A DNA stretch of 63,943 nt, filler included, from Octopus bimaculoides (GCF_001194135.2; 8 parts of 7 records of this genome joined end to end with filler, not necessarily neighbours in it), one strand, 5' to 3'; shown: positions 27,200 through 39,259, numbered from the whole stretch's first letter. Translations and numbers: made by a program. Notes: generated by a model not told the origin, from the sequence alone.

Positions 27200-28537
27200 A
27201 TGTCTCCAAAGAGGAGATCCTCTATTGGTCGAAAAATTATCACAATTTAACTTGGCTGTGTGAAAGAGCAATATTGGCACCAAAAACAGCAGTATGTAAA
27301 ATTAATGAGCAGCTACTGCAGTATCTTCCTGGAAGTCCTCACATCTATAAGTCAGTTGATACAATCCCAGATCCAGAAGGGGTGGTAAATTATCCTACAG
27401 AATTTCTCAATTTATTAGAGCCTCCAGGACTACCTCCCCACAGATTGGAACTTAAAGTGGGAATTCCAGTAATGTTATTGAGGAATTCGGATCCACCAAC
27501 ACTCCGCAATGGGACACGCCAGGTGATAAAGAAGTTCATGCTGCATGTTATTGAGGCCGCCATTTCCTATGGATGTGGAAAAGGAGAGGATGTTTTCATA
27601 CCCAGAATTCCTCTCATTCCATTGGGTGCAGAAATTCCTTTTTACATTCAGAAGAGTGCAATTTCCTATTTGTATCAGCTTCACAATGTCTATCAATAAA
27701 TCCCAGGGTCAAAACACTATCTGTATTAGAACTTCACTTGGAAGAGTCATGCTTCTCACACGAGCAATTAAATGTTAACTGCTCTAGAGTATGAAGCAAA
27801 AAAACTATTTGCATTTGTTCCACAAGGAAAAACAAGAGATTTTGTAGGAATTACTACATCCTACAATGCGCTATAGTATCCACTGTTCTTTGTGAATAGT
27901 GAAGATGGATTCCAATTTGGCAAAATACCAACAAATCCGAAGACTGCACTAACAAAGCAGTTTCCTGCATGGACTTCAGTATCAAAGCATATTCTCCAAT
28001 TACTCCCACCAACCATGCAGTAAGCCATTACGCCTTATTTTTTTAAAGTTATTCATTACTACATATTCTCATATGACTGCATACGCTCAGTCTATGTTTC
28101 AATGTCAACCCTTCGCCTTCTGCAACATTTCAACAGTTCACTTCCCCTCTGCCGTCTCCCATTGCAGTTCCATTCCGGAATGTACACATTTACGTACAAT
28201 ATCTCCATTACACCTACATATTCATTCGACTGTCAACCATACAATGAGTCGTGTTAGTCGTAGCGCCGACCGCCGCAAAGCAAGGTCTATCCACTGACAG
28301 CTTTTCAGTGGGTTCAAAAATCACACACGCGCCACCCCCAATTTCCATGACAGATTAGGGCCTGGAATCATCCAAACGAACGCATGACATGTCGCTTAGT
28401 CGAATTAGCCCGTTATTTACTCCACAAATGTTTTGTCGTCAATGCTGCACTTTTCCGTACCACATGTTTCGAATTAACTGTAATACATATACAAACTATG
28501 CCATTTTAATCCCGAGCAATGCGGGTATCTCTGATAG
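27200..28537 (+). mobile_element. Internally deleted and rearranged Helitron
   Basis: ATG-SPKRRSSIGR start at 27200; PIF1-type helicase C-terminus at 27235-27850; RepHel N-terminal-type motif at 27859-27995; 3' hairpin CCCG-AGCAATG-CGGG at 28511-28525 then ATAG|T (CTAG variant) at 28534-28538. 5' TC terminus not located. Confidence 0.85.
27235..27850 (+). pseudogene. Helitron RepHel PIF1-like helicase C-terminal fragment
   Basis: WLCERAILAPK...YPTEFLNLLEPPGLPPHRLELKVGIPVMLLRN...NGTR...VFIPRIPLIP / FRRVQFPICISFTMSINKSQGQ / CFSHEQLNVNCSRV; frameshifted. Confidence 0.93.
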
Positions 28538-29082
28538 TATGTANNNNNNNNNNNNNNNNNNNNNNNNNNNNNNNNNNNNNNNNNNNNNNNNNNNNNNNNN
28601 NNNNNNNNNNNNNNNNNNNNNNNNNNNNNNNNNNNNNNNNNNNNNNNNNNNNNNNNNNNNNNNNNNNNNNNNNNNNNNNNNNNNNNNNNNNNNNNNNNNN
28701 NNNNNNNNNNNNNNNNNNNNNNNNNNNNNNNNNNNNNNNNNNNNNNNNNNNNNNNNNNNNNNNNNNNNNNNNNNNNNNNNNNNNNNNNNNNNNNNNNNNN
28801 NNNNNNNNNNNNNNNNNNNNNNNNNNNNNNNNNNNNNNNNNNNNNNNNNNNNNNNNNNNNNNNNNNNNNNNNNNNNNNNNNNNNNNNNNNNNNNNNNNNN
28901 NNNNNNNNNNNNNNNNNNNNNNNNNNNNNNNNNNNNNNNNNNNNNNNNNNNNNNNNNNNNNNNNNNNNNNNNNNNNNNNNNNNNNNNNNNNNNNNNNNNN
29001 NNNNNNNNNNNNNNNNNNNNNNNNNNNNNNNNNNNNNNNNNNNNNNNNNNNNNNNNNNNNNNNNNNNNNNNNNNNNNNNNNN

Positions 29083-29121
<39 letters not shown>

Positions 29122-30455
29122 TGTATTCAATCATAAATTATTGAACTGCTGCAATTTAGTTTTGTAAACACTGTCTCGAGAGATTCGTGTTACAGACTTT
29201 TAACATGTATAACTTTATGTCATGACATCTGTACCCTGGTCAATATTGTACAACTGACTTTGTGAATATTAATGGCATTTATAAATCAAGAGTAAACCTA
29301 TTCTGTCCTATAAATAAGATTACAAAACTGGCGGCATTCACAATAAAGTCATTGTAGTTATTGATTCTGTGACATCTGATTTAGCTCTTTGTTTCATCTA
29401 TCGAATATATTAACCATGGAAATGTTATTCATTACGTGGAAGTGATCGGTAGAAATAAAAAGGCATTAGGAAACTATAAATGTTTTCTTCTTCAAACTTA
29501 CGCTGTTCTAAGTATTTTCCCAGTATAATCGATAATATATACACATATACTATGTACATCAATACTAAGATTCTTTTTGAAATTGTCACATGAAAAATGC
29601 TAAAACAAAATCTTTCAGTCGGCTGAGACTGTGTGACCTAGCTTTTTTTTTTATCTCGATGAAAGTCATTTTGCTTCATTTACTGCTTAAAAGCCCTATA
29701 AAATGTCAGTGACGTCATACGTATTTACTTTCTCCTGATAACTGAATTACATAAGAAACATTATTTGCTGCCCACTGGATGTCCCCATTCAATTTTAATT
29801 TTAGATACCCACGTTGTATTCCACACCTTTCTGACCAGAACTAATCATTAAGCTAAATGTTTTCCTTCTCATCCCGAATATAATTTTAATCGACAATTTT
29901 TGTTTCATTACATGAAGTGTTACCTCCTAAATAACTGCATAAAGGAGCTTGGGTTGTTATTTCTAGCAACTCAAACTCATTCAAATCACACTTTGCCGTC
30001 TTAAAATAGAAGTAACATGTTGAATGATATAGTCATCAATATGCAAAAGGAAGGAATGACCAGAACTGGAACACCTCTGAGAATATGTTTGCTCAGTCAG
30101 GACTGACCTTGGGCTAAACAGCGACAACAATAACAGAAACAACAACAATAATAGCTTCTCCACCACCACCACACTGCACCATACTGCGCTGGGTTACACT
30201 AGACTTGATATGCCACAACTCACATAAACTTAAAACATTACAATGCCTCAAAGCTGTCAGGTCTTTTTATTTCATGTCTACATATCGTAAAGTTGTTTCC
30301 AAGGACACTGGCAGCAGCAACGATAGCGACAACAACAACAGCAACAACAGCAATCACTCGCAATTGCATAATTCTTTTTATACCAATGCGTCATCTACGT
30401 TTTCTCAATGTGCTAGAAATAGCAGCCAAATCACCCTCGGATTGTACATACTTGT

Positions 30456-30456
<1 letters not shown>

Positions 30457-30491
<35 letters not shown>

Positions 30492-30494
30492 AAA

Positions 30495-30529
<35 letters not shown>

Positions 30530-31090
30530 GAAAGAAAAAAAGAAACAAAGAAACANNNNNNNNNNNNNNNNNNNNNNNNNNNNNNNNNNNNNNNNNNNNN
30601 NNNNNNNNNNNNNNNNNNNNNNNNNNNNNNNNNNNNNNNNNNNNNNNNNNNNNNNNNNNNNNNNNNNNNNNNNNNNNNNNNNNNNNNNNNNNNNNNNNNN
30701 NNNNNNNNNNNNNNNNNNNNNNNNNNNNNNNNNNNNNNNNNNNNNNNNNNNNNNNNNNNNNNNNNNNNNNNNNNNNNNNNNNNNNNNNNNNNNNNNNNNN
30801 NNNNNNNNNNNNNNNNNNNNNNNNNNNNNNNNNNNNNNNNNNNNNNNNNNNNNNNNNNNNNNNNNNNNNNNNNNNNNNNNNNNNNNNNNNNNNNNNNNNN
30901 NNNNNNNNNNNNNNNNNNNNNNNNNNNNNNNNNNNNNAGGGAGGGAGGGAGGAAGGAAGGAAAGAAGGAAGGGAGGAAGGGAAGGAAGAAAGGAAGGAAG
31001 GAAGGGAAGGAGGGAGGGAGGGAAGAAAGGAAGGAAGGAAGGGAGGAAGGAAGGGAGGAAGGAAGGAAAAAGAAACAAACAAACAAACTA
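30457..31090. repeat. (GAAA)n/(GGAA)n purine tetranucleotide array spanning an N-gap
   Basis: Directly visible. Confidence 0.93.
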
Positions 31091-31372
31091 ACAAAGAAAC
31101 AAATGAACAAACAACAAACAAACCTTTATCAATGTAATCCGAGCTACTTTATGCGTCGATCTTTCGAAAATATGTGGACTTGACTTCAGCTCTTTTGATC
31201 ATAGCTCTAACAACAACAGCCAGCACAACAACGATGATGACGGTAACGACGAAGACATCTGCTGTATTTCTGCTTGCTTCTCTAGCAGCTGTATAGAGTT
31301 ACTCTGTATTCGTCGTAAGGTTTTTGTTGCTGATGATGCCATATTCTTCCACCCACAACTATAGTTCTAGAG

Positions 31373-31699
31373 CAGTGGTTCTCAACTGGAACCCATGGTC
31401 CATAAAAGACGTTTTTTGGTGGCGGTGGGGCATGCAAGCAAAATAGTAAATTGGAGAACCACGGTAATATTTTAGGGGTCCATGAAAACAATTTGCTTTA
31501 GATGTATTGCAAGAAACACTTCAGTCTCTTTCTCTGACGTTATACATGAGTGAATGCGAGCAAAACAAAATAAGGATTTCGAAAGAAGCATCTATAAAAC
31601 AAGGTTTTAAATATCGAATGGCTATATGGGTCCTCCAGACTAAAATAGTAATGAAAGGGGTCCATAGGTGAAAAAAAAAAAAATGGTTGAGAATAACTG
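31373..31699. mobile_element. hAT (Charlie-like) MITE, 327 bp
   Basis: TIRs CAGTGGTTCTCAAC / GTTGAGAATAACTG; 8-bp flanks TTCTAGAG (31365-31372) and TCTTAGAG (31700-31707), close to the NTCTAGAN target preference. Confidence 0.85.
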
Positions 31700-32014
31700 T
31701 CTTAGAGGATGGACAAATGAGGGAATATCTATGCAAGTGTCAACCTGTTAGAAATAACAGTCAAATTTTTCCGTCATAAAGGAAGTAGACATAAGTCGCT
31801 GTACTCCTTTGTATTCGAAAAAAGTGAAATATGGTCATGCTTGAAATGTTCGATCAGTGCTAACTGGGAGCTTAGACTACAGCTATTTTCAGTATGATGA
31901 TGATGATGAGGAGGAGGAGGAGGAGGAGGAGGGATAATCATCACCATCAGCAGCAGCAACAGCAGCTGCAGCAACAAGAACAAGAACAACAAAAGCAACA
32001 GTATATTGGCACTA

Positions 32015-32212
32015 GAAGGTGGCGAGCTGGCAGAAACGTTAGCACGCCGGGCGAAATGCTTAACGTTTTGAGTTCAAATTCCACCGAGGTCGACTTTGCC
32101 TTTCATCCTTTTGTGGTCGATAAATTAAGTACCATTTGCGTACTGGGGTCGATCTAATCGACTTCCCCCACTCCCCCAAAATTTCGGGCCTAGTGCCTAG
32201 AGTAGAAAAGAT
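32015..32212 (+). mobile_element. Near full-length SINE family C with 13-bp TSD
   Basis: A-box GGCAGAAACGTTAGC, B-box GAGTTCAAATTCC; TATATTGGCACTA at 32002-32014 and 32213-32225. Confidence 0.92.
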
Positions 32213-32773
32213 TATATTGGCACTAAGTTGATAGGAAGGGCTCTATTGGCATATGCAACTACTACTTAATACTCCTAAGCCCGACCTGGTTAGGCCGTTA
32301 GCTTGGCAGCTACTTTGGCACACTACCATTCCTGCTATTCCACAAATTTTGGTGGATAGGTACGGCTGATACTGATTTTTATCGACCCCGAAAAAATGAC
32401 TGGCAAAGTGACTTGGATTACGGTTTCTACCAAGTGCGCCATAGCGCCATATATATATATGAACAAAATATAATACAATACATAGATAAACAAATGGAAT
32501 TAAATACTACATACGTTAACAAAATTTAATTAAATACAAAAAAAAAGTAGATATAAACACATGAACAAATAAATAAATAAAAACAAAAACAAACGAACAT
32601 GTATTAACAGAGGATATAGATGATACAGACACTCCCCATATACACACATGCACTTACAAAAACTTAGACACATTGAAGGATACGCATGCGTAGACACATA
32701 CAATAGGAATACAAAATACAAAATGGCTGATAGTTAGCAAGGTGAGACACACATAAGAAAGAAGAAAGCAAAG

Positions 32774-32817
32774 GACCACTGATGAGGTCACAGAAGTGTG
32801 ACGAAAGAACTCTGGCC
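32774..32817 (+). ncRNA. Minimal type I hammerhead ribozyme-like motif
   Basis: GACCA-CTGATGA-G-GTCACA(GAAG)TGTGAC-GAAA-GAACT-C-TGGCC: intact core, perfect 6-bp stem II, CUC triplet, stem I of 3 bp plus 1 bp beyond a mismatch. Confidence 0.6.
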
Positions 32818-32932
32818 GAAATAGGATTAATGTAATATAATGTAATATAAAGCTGAAGCAAATTAACACCAAATATACAGTGCGTGTGTTTTTATTGGCT
32901 AAACTGGCAATATGACCATCCCCAAGTACAAC

Positions 32933-32968
<36 letters not shown>

Positions 32969-33211
32969 NNNNNNNNNNNNNNNNNNNNNNNNNNNNNNNN
33001 NNNNNNNNNNNNNNNNNNNNNNNNNNNNNNNNNNNNNNNNNNNNNNNNNNNNNNNNNNNNNNNNNNNNNNNNNNNNNNNNNNNNNNNNNNNNNNNNNNNN
33101 NNNNNNNNNNNNNNNNNNNNNNNNNNNNNNNNNNNNNNNNNNNNNNNNNNNNNNNNNNNNNNNNNNNNNNNNNNNNNNNNNNNNNNNNNNNNNNNNNNNN
33201 NNNNNNNNNNN

Positions 33212-33284
<73 letters not shown>

Positions 33285-33303
33285 ACTTGAAGATAATATA
33301 TGT

Positions 33304-33381
33304 CCGGTCATAGAGTGACCGATGGTCTCGCATCCATATAGTGCTTAGCTTTATAGATGACTAGTCGGACTACAATGGCCG
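33304..33381 (-). ncRNA. Decayed long-stem hammerhead, copy A
   Basis: CGGCCATTGTAGT-CCGACTA-GTCATCTATAAAGC...GGATGC-GAGA-CCATCG-GTC-ACTCTATGACCGG; three core substitutions; homologous to 43458-43530. Confidence 0.55.
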
Positions 33382-33443
33382 CGGGCATATAACGTCTCTG
33401 CAAACTGAAGGTAGAAAACCGCTACGGTCAGTTACCTTGTAAA

Positions 33444-33514
33444 CAAAAGTATAATATACACTGTCTGAGCCTTTCGTCTCATTTAGGGCTCAGATAGTGT
33501 ATATTATTCTTTTG
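33444..33514. ncRNA. 28-bp near-perfect stem-loop (pre-miRNA-sized)
   Basis: CAAAAGTATAATATACACTGTCTGAGCC pairs with GGCTCAGATAGTGTATATTATTCTTTTG (one T:T, one G:T); 15-nt loop. The structure is certain; RNA function is unproven. Confidence 0.4.
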
Positions 33515-33610
33515 GTGGATGTTTCTTATCGACCCGGAAAATGACTGGCAAATACATTACTTCTCTAACTTTTAGAGTGTGCTTCTTTTTCGGATAAACG
33601 ATCCACTGAC

Positions 33611-33770
33611 AGGCGTGGAGGTGTGGTAAGAAACTTGTTTCCCAACCAGATGGTTTCGGGTTCAGTTCCACAGCATGACACCTTGAGCAAATGTCTTCTA
33701 CTATAGCCTTGGGCTGACCAAAGCCTTGTGAATGGATTTAGTAGACGGAAACTGAAAGAAGCCCGTCGTA
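33611..33770 (+). mobile_element. SINE family A, 5' half
   Basis: GTGTGGTAAGAAAC...GGGTTCAGTTCC...GACGGAAACTGAAAGAAGCCCGTCG followed by an internal microsatellite and a gap. Confidence 0.88.
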
Positions 33771-33785
33771 TGTATATGTGTGTAT

Positions 33786-33823
<38 letters not shown>

Positions 33824-34850
33824 NNNNNNNNNNNNNNNNNNNNNNNNNNNNNNNNNNNNNNNNNNNNNNNNNNNNNNNNNNNNNNNNNNNNNNNNNNNNN
33901 NNNNNNNNNNNNNNNNNNNNNNNNNNNNNNNNNNNNNNNNNNNNNNNNNNNNNNNNNNNNNNNNNNNNNNNNNNNNNNNNNNNNNNNNNNNNNNNNNNNN
34001 NNNNNNNNNNNNNNNNNNNNNNNNNNNNNNNNNNNNNNNNNNNNNNNNNNNNNNNNNNNNNNNNNNNNNNNNNNNNNNNNNNNNNNNNNNNNNNNNNNNN
34101 NNNNNNNNNNNNNNNNNNNNNNNNNNNNNNNNNNNNNNNNNNNNNNNNNNNNNNNNNNNNNNNNNNNNNNNNNNNNNNNNNNNNNNNNNNNNNNNNNNNN
34201 NNNNNNNNNNNNNNNNNNNNNNNNNNNNNNNNNNNNNNNNNNNNNNNNNNNNNNNNNNNNNNNNNNNNNNNNNNNNNNNNNNNNNNNNNNNNNNNNNNNN
34301 NNNNNNNNNNNNNNNNNNNNNNNNNNNNNNNNNNNNNNNNNNNNNNNNNNNNNNNNNNNNNNNNNNNNNNNNNNNNNNNNNNNNNTATATATAATACAAA
34401 AATGAGAGAAGAACGCAAAACATCCAAACAGACGATACAAAGAAAACAAGGACGGGTCATTCGAAGTTTTCTTTCCTCAGTCGAGTTCCAGATTATCTTT
34501 TCAATTTCGGCTGGTAATACTCGATATTGCTCCAATCTGGCCAGCCCCAAGGAAGAGCTAAGCCAAGTGCACTAGATTCCTTGGAAGAAACCAGCGAATG
34601 TATATGAAAACAAGGACGAAAAAAACGGACAAATGGTACACAAATACAAATAGCAGGACATTAACAACATGTGTCTTTCGACTATGGACGAATCAAATTA
34701 AGCTGGCGTGTGTGGAAGTAAAGCCTTATATATATATATATATATAGATGTGTGTGTGTGTATGTATGTATGTATGTATGTATGTATGTATGTATGTATG
34801 TATATATATATATATATATATATCTATATATATATATATAGTACATCATT

Positions 34851-34995
34851 GAGACACTAAAACACCACCATTTGCTGTTGTGTGTTATGGAGGCACTAAC
34901 GCTGCATCAGCTCGTGTGGTGTATCGTGGAGACACTAACGCTAGAGTATCAGGTGTAGTGTATCGAGGAGACACTATGCATTGGGTGTAGTCCAT
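34851..34995. repeat. Degenerate minisatellite (~35-bp unit)
   Basis: Recurring GTGTATCG(T/A)GGAGACACTAAC motif. Confidence 0.6.
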
Positions 34996-36223
34996 CATTG
35001 AACTCAATGGAAACGATGACATTAAAAGGTAAACAACAATGACTTTAGTGTCTATTAATTAGGTCTACTGCCGTATATCATCCGGGTCACAAGTACTGAT
35101 TACTACATAAAGAACAGCTCAAACAAACGAAGGAACCTATATGTGATTGATAGAATTGCAAGAAATAGCAGCCATATTCCAATTAAATCACATTCTACTG
35201 TCTTCGAAGCGTACACGTTAAATAATGTGGCCCTATACTTCCACGTCACAGGACAAAGTCGCGGTCTTCATGGATGCAAGTCTTCTAATCGCTCAATTTC
35301 AGCTGTTTTGAAGTGAAAATGCCACAAAAAAAAAACAATACCAACCGTTGTTATAAATTACTCAAAATAGAGTGAAAACGTACCGTAGCGATTACAACTA
35401 ATGCTTTACTAACAATGCACTACAACAATGATAGTAGCTGTGATAAATATATCGTAATACCATAGGAAACATGATCAGGATGTTATATAGCATTGTAGTG
35501 TGTATGTGTGTGTGTTAGTGCGTGTGTGTGCGCGCATGTGTAATGGTGGGGGTATGAATGTTATTTGTAAAAACGTTAATTAAATTAAAAGTTAACTAGT
35601 TATTTTCTTGTGGTTAAAGCGTGTGAACACTTCTATATACGTTACGTATATAACAGGTTAGTGGTAAACATCTGACGAGCAGCGCTTGTGGTCTAGTTTC
35701 GATTCACAGCTGTTAATCAGTTTACTTCTTTTACATTGAGATGAGCATGTTTAATCTCAATTCTATTTCAGGCAATGATTTGTTTCTGTCCTGGAATTGA
35801 TGACGTAAATAAGAGTAATATACGGGACATCGAACCAATCTGCAGCACTCCTTCTCCTTCAAATATGTGACTTTGTGCTGTAAGGTATTAAAATGTCACA
35901 TATTTGAAAGTTAGGTAATGGTGTGACAGAGGTAGCAGATGCCAGATAAAATTGCGTCACGTTATTTAGGCAATGATAAGACAGGATAAGTTGCAGCCGG
36001 ACTTAGCTATCTAACGCTTTTTAGATAATGGTGTTATGACAGAAATGGTAGATGACGAACTAAATTGTGCTACGTTTTTTAGTTAGGGTTCCTTAGGTTT
36101 TTAAACTTAAATCTCATCGAAGACTAAAAATGCTTTAATCAGAGAAGTAAAGATAGCGTCCATCAAACCTATTCCGTAACAAGCAGAAGTTAATTTTACA
36201 CCGGAAACCTAGCTCGAATGTTT

Positions 36224-36757
36224 GCATGCCATCAAAGTGACACTGGGTACAAATATGCAAAGCCCATTATACCTATCATGGCTACCCGTCTGATAAGGGT
36301 ACATTAAGCACATACACCATTACCATATGTGTACGACATGATCTCATATCAAGATAAATAGCGTATGATCTTGCAGGTGGAGTCCAGTTAGAATTTTCTT
36401 CAGGTCGAGTAGCCCATCCGCTCAAATGGTTCCTGAATAAGGTTTAAGGATGATGAACGAAACGTCCATGTTCCAGAGGTAAATTATTCAAACCCCAAAA
36501 TAATTCCTGGCTATGATGCTCCCCCCACAACTCCTGCTCGTAATCAGAGATGCACATATCGTCAGCCAACAAGAGACATACTCAAATGGTGAAAGTCAAG
36601 TAAATGACAAGTAGATCTGTGGTATTGAACAGAATATTTATTTGCTGTAGCCCATTTTTTACACTAAGGCAAAAAAAAAAACATGTGCATTATAACACTT
36701 CCAATCTGTTAAGATCAGAAACCATGTGCGCCACTGACCGGTATTGCATCAGAGCAT
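36224..36757 (-). mobile_element. ~540-bp non-coding dispersed repeat, copy 1
   Basis: Colinear with 58033-58577 and 60344-60740 (GATAAGGGTACA, ATCTCATATCAAGATAAA, CAGGTCGAGTAG blocks). Confidence 0.85.
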
Positions 36758-36759
36758 GT

Positions 36760-36781
36760 CTTCTTCTTCTTCTTCTTCTTC

Positions 36782-36813
<32 letters not shown>

Positions 36814-36822
36814 ATTATTATT

Positions 36823-36869
<47 letters not shown>

Positions 36870-37291
36870 NNNNNNNNNNNNNNNNNNNNNNNNNNNNNNN
36901 NNNNNNNNNNNNNNNNNNNNNNNNNNNNNNNNNNNNNNNNNNNNNNNNNNNNNNNNNNNNNNNNNNNNNNNNNNNNNNNNNNNNNNNNNNNNNNNNNNNN
37001 NNNNNNNNNNNNNNNNNNNNNNNNNNNNNNNNNNNNNNNNNNNNNNNNNNNNNNNNNNNNNNNNNNNNNNNNNNNNNNNNNNNNNNNNNNNNNNNNNNNN
37101 NNNNNNNNNNNNNNNNNNNNNNNNNNNNNNNNNNNNNNNNNNNNNNNNNNNNNNNNNNNNNNNNNNNNNNNNNNNNNNNNNNNNNNNNNNNNNNNNNNNN
37201 NNNNNNNNNNNNNNNNNNNNNNNNNNNNNNNNNNNNNNNNNNNNNNNNNNNNNNNNNNNNNNNNNNNNNNNNNNNNNNNNNNNNNNNNNNN

Positions 37292-37348
<57 letters not shown>

Positions 37349-37370
37349 ACCATCATCATCATCATCATTA
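36760..37370. repeat. Compound (TTC)-(TTA)-(TCA) array spanning a gap
   Basis: Directly visible. Confidence 0.93.
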
Positions 37371-37429
37371 TAAAAAAAAACATTTACATAGATAAAATGA
37401 AAAGAACAAGAAAAAGAACCGGTGCAATG

Positions 37430-37605
37430 TATTTCGTCTGTCTTTACGTCCTGAGTTCAAATTCCACCGAGGTCGACTTTACCTTTCATCCTTTCGGGGG
37501 TCGATAAATTAAGTATCCGTTGCGTACTGGGGGAGGGGGGTCGATCTAATCGAGTGGCCCCCTCCCCAAAAATTTCGGGCCTTGTGCATAGAGTAGAAAA
37601 AGATA
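37430..37605 (+). mobile_element. SINE family C, 5'-truncated
   Basis: B-box, central domain and tail match 32015-32212. Confidence 0.88.
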
Positions 37606-38405
37606 TATTAATGGTTTAAAATATCTATGAAAGAGTAGGACACAGAGATGGGTTAATGAAGTAAAGAAATATTTGACAATGGGTTGTTAAACATGGCAGT
37701 AACTTAACACTGCAATGGTTTAAGAGGAGGATAAAGAGGGAATAGCAATCATGAATTTGTGATTGTTATTGCTGTTGTTTTATTGTTGTTCTTGATCTCG
37801 TTGTTTATTGTTTTGTTGTTGCTGATTGTTAAGACCATGCTCAGCACTGTTGAGTCAGTTTACTGAATAAATGATTTTTAAGCACGGCCATCCAAGACTG
37901 TTTTCACACAATATACTCAGGAGTATTATTCAAAATCAGTCATTTTCTAACATATGATAGTAGGGTCTAATTTTAGGAGAATTTAACAGCTTTTTCTAGC
38001 ACATCGCGTGACCACTTAAAGCTTGACCAATCACGTTGAGTAAAATTTACTGTTTTGTCATCTTTATGATTTTTCTTTGTTTTCTTTTCCTATAAATAAT
38101 GGCCTGCTATATTGCTGGTGGTGGTGGTGGCGGTATTGATGTTTCTAAGACTATTGTTAACTTTATATGGTATTGTATACTACGCCACATCATATTATCA
38201 ACCAACCAATATGATGACTACCAGGATGAGCATTAAGGTGATGACAATAATGATGATAAAGATAATCACGTGTCAGAGACGGGGGCGTATAATTGGAAAA
38301 TAATGTGAGCGCGCGTGTGGCACACGTGATGTGTGTGTGCGTGTGCGCGTGTGCATGTGTGTATGTGTGTGTCGTCGGTAAATCACAAAAGTTATAGAGC
38401 AGTAG

Positions 38406-38488
<83 letters not shown>

Positions 38489-38489
<1 letters not shown>

Positions 38490-39225
38490 CTTTTATCTCT
38501 TTTACTTGTTTCAGTCATTTGACTGCGGCCNNNNNNNNNNNNNNNNNNNNNNNNNNNNNNNNNNNNNNNNNNNNNNNNNNNNNNNNNNNNNNNNNNNNNN
38601 NNNNNNNNNNNNNNNNNNNNNNNNNNNNNNNNNNNNNNNNNNNNNNNNNNNNNNNNNNNNNNNNNNNNNNNNNNNNNNNNNNNNNNNNNNNNNNNNNNNN
38701 NNNNNNNNNNNNNNNNNNNNNNNNNNNNNNNNNNNNNNNNNNNNNNNNNNNNNNNNNNNNNNNNNNNNNNNNNNNNNNNNNNNNNNNNNNNNNNNNNNNN
38801 NNNNNNNNNNNNNNNNNNNNNNNNNNNNNNNNNNNNNNNNNNNNNNNNNNNNNNNNNNNNNNNNNNNNNNNNNNNNNNNNNNNNNNNNNNNNNNNNNNNN
38901 NNNNNNNNNNNNNNNNNNNNNNNNNNNNNNNNNNNNNNNNNNNNNNNNNNNNNNNNNNNNNNNNNNNNNNNNNNNNNNNNNNNNNNNNNNNNNNNNNNNN
39001 NNNNNNNNNNNNNNNNNNNNNNNNNNNNNNNNNNNNNNNNNNNNNNNNNNNNNNNNNNNNNNNNNNNNNNNNNNNNNNNNNNNNNNNNNNNNNNNNNNNN
39101 NNNNNNNNNNNNNNNNNNNNNNNNNNNNNNNNNNNNNNNNNNNNNNNNNNNNNNNNNNNNNNNNNNNNNNNNNNNNNNNNNNNNNNNNNNNNNNNNNNNN
39201 NNNNNNNNNNNNNNNNNNNNNNNNN

Positions 39226-39259
<34 letters not shown>

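Noticed and set aside
31894-32157. Poly-M/R/H/Q ORF resembling a transcription-factor low-complexity region
   Set aside because: Made of (GAT)(GAG)(CAG)(CAA) repeats running straight into a SINE; no splice or domain support.
34450-34490. CTGAGGA...GAAT on the minus strand as a hammerhead
   Set aside because: GAAT instead of GAAA and no credible stems I or II; the 34400-34720 block is left as an unclassified repeat-like segment.
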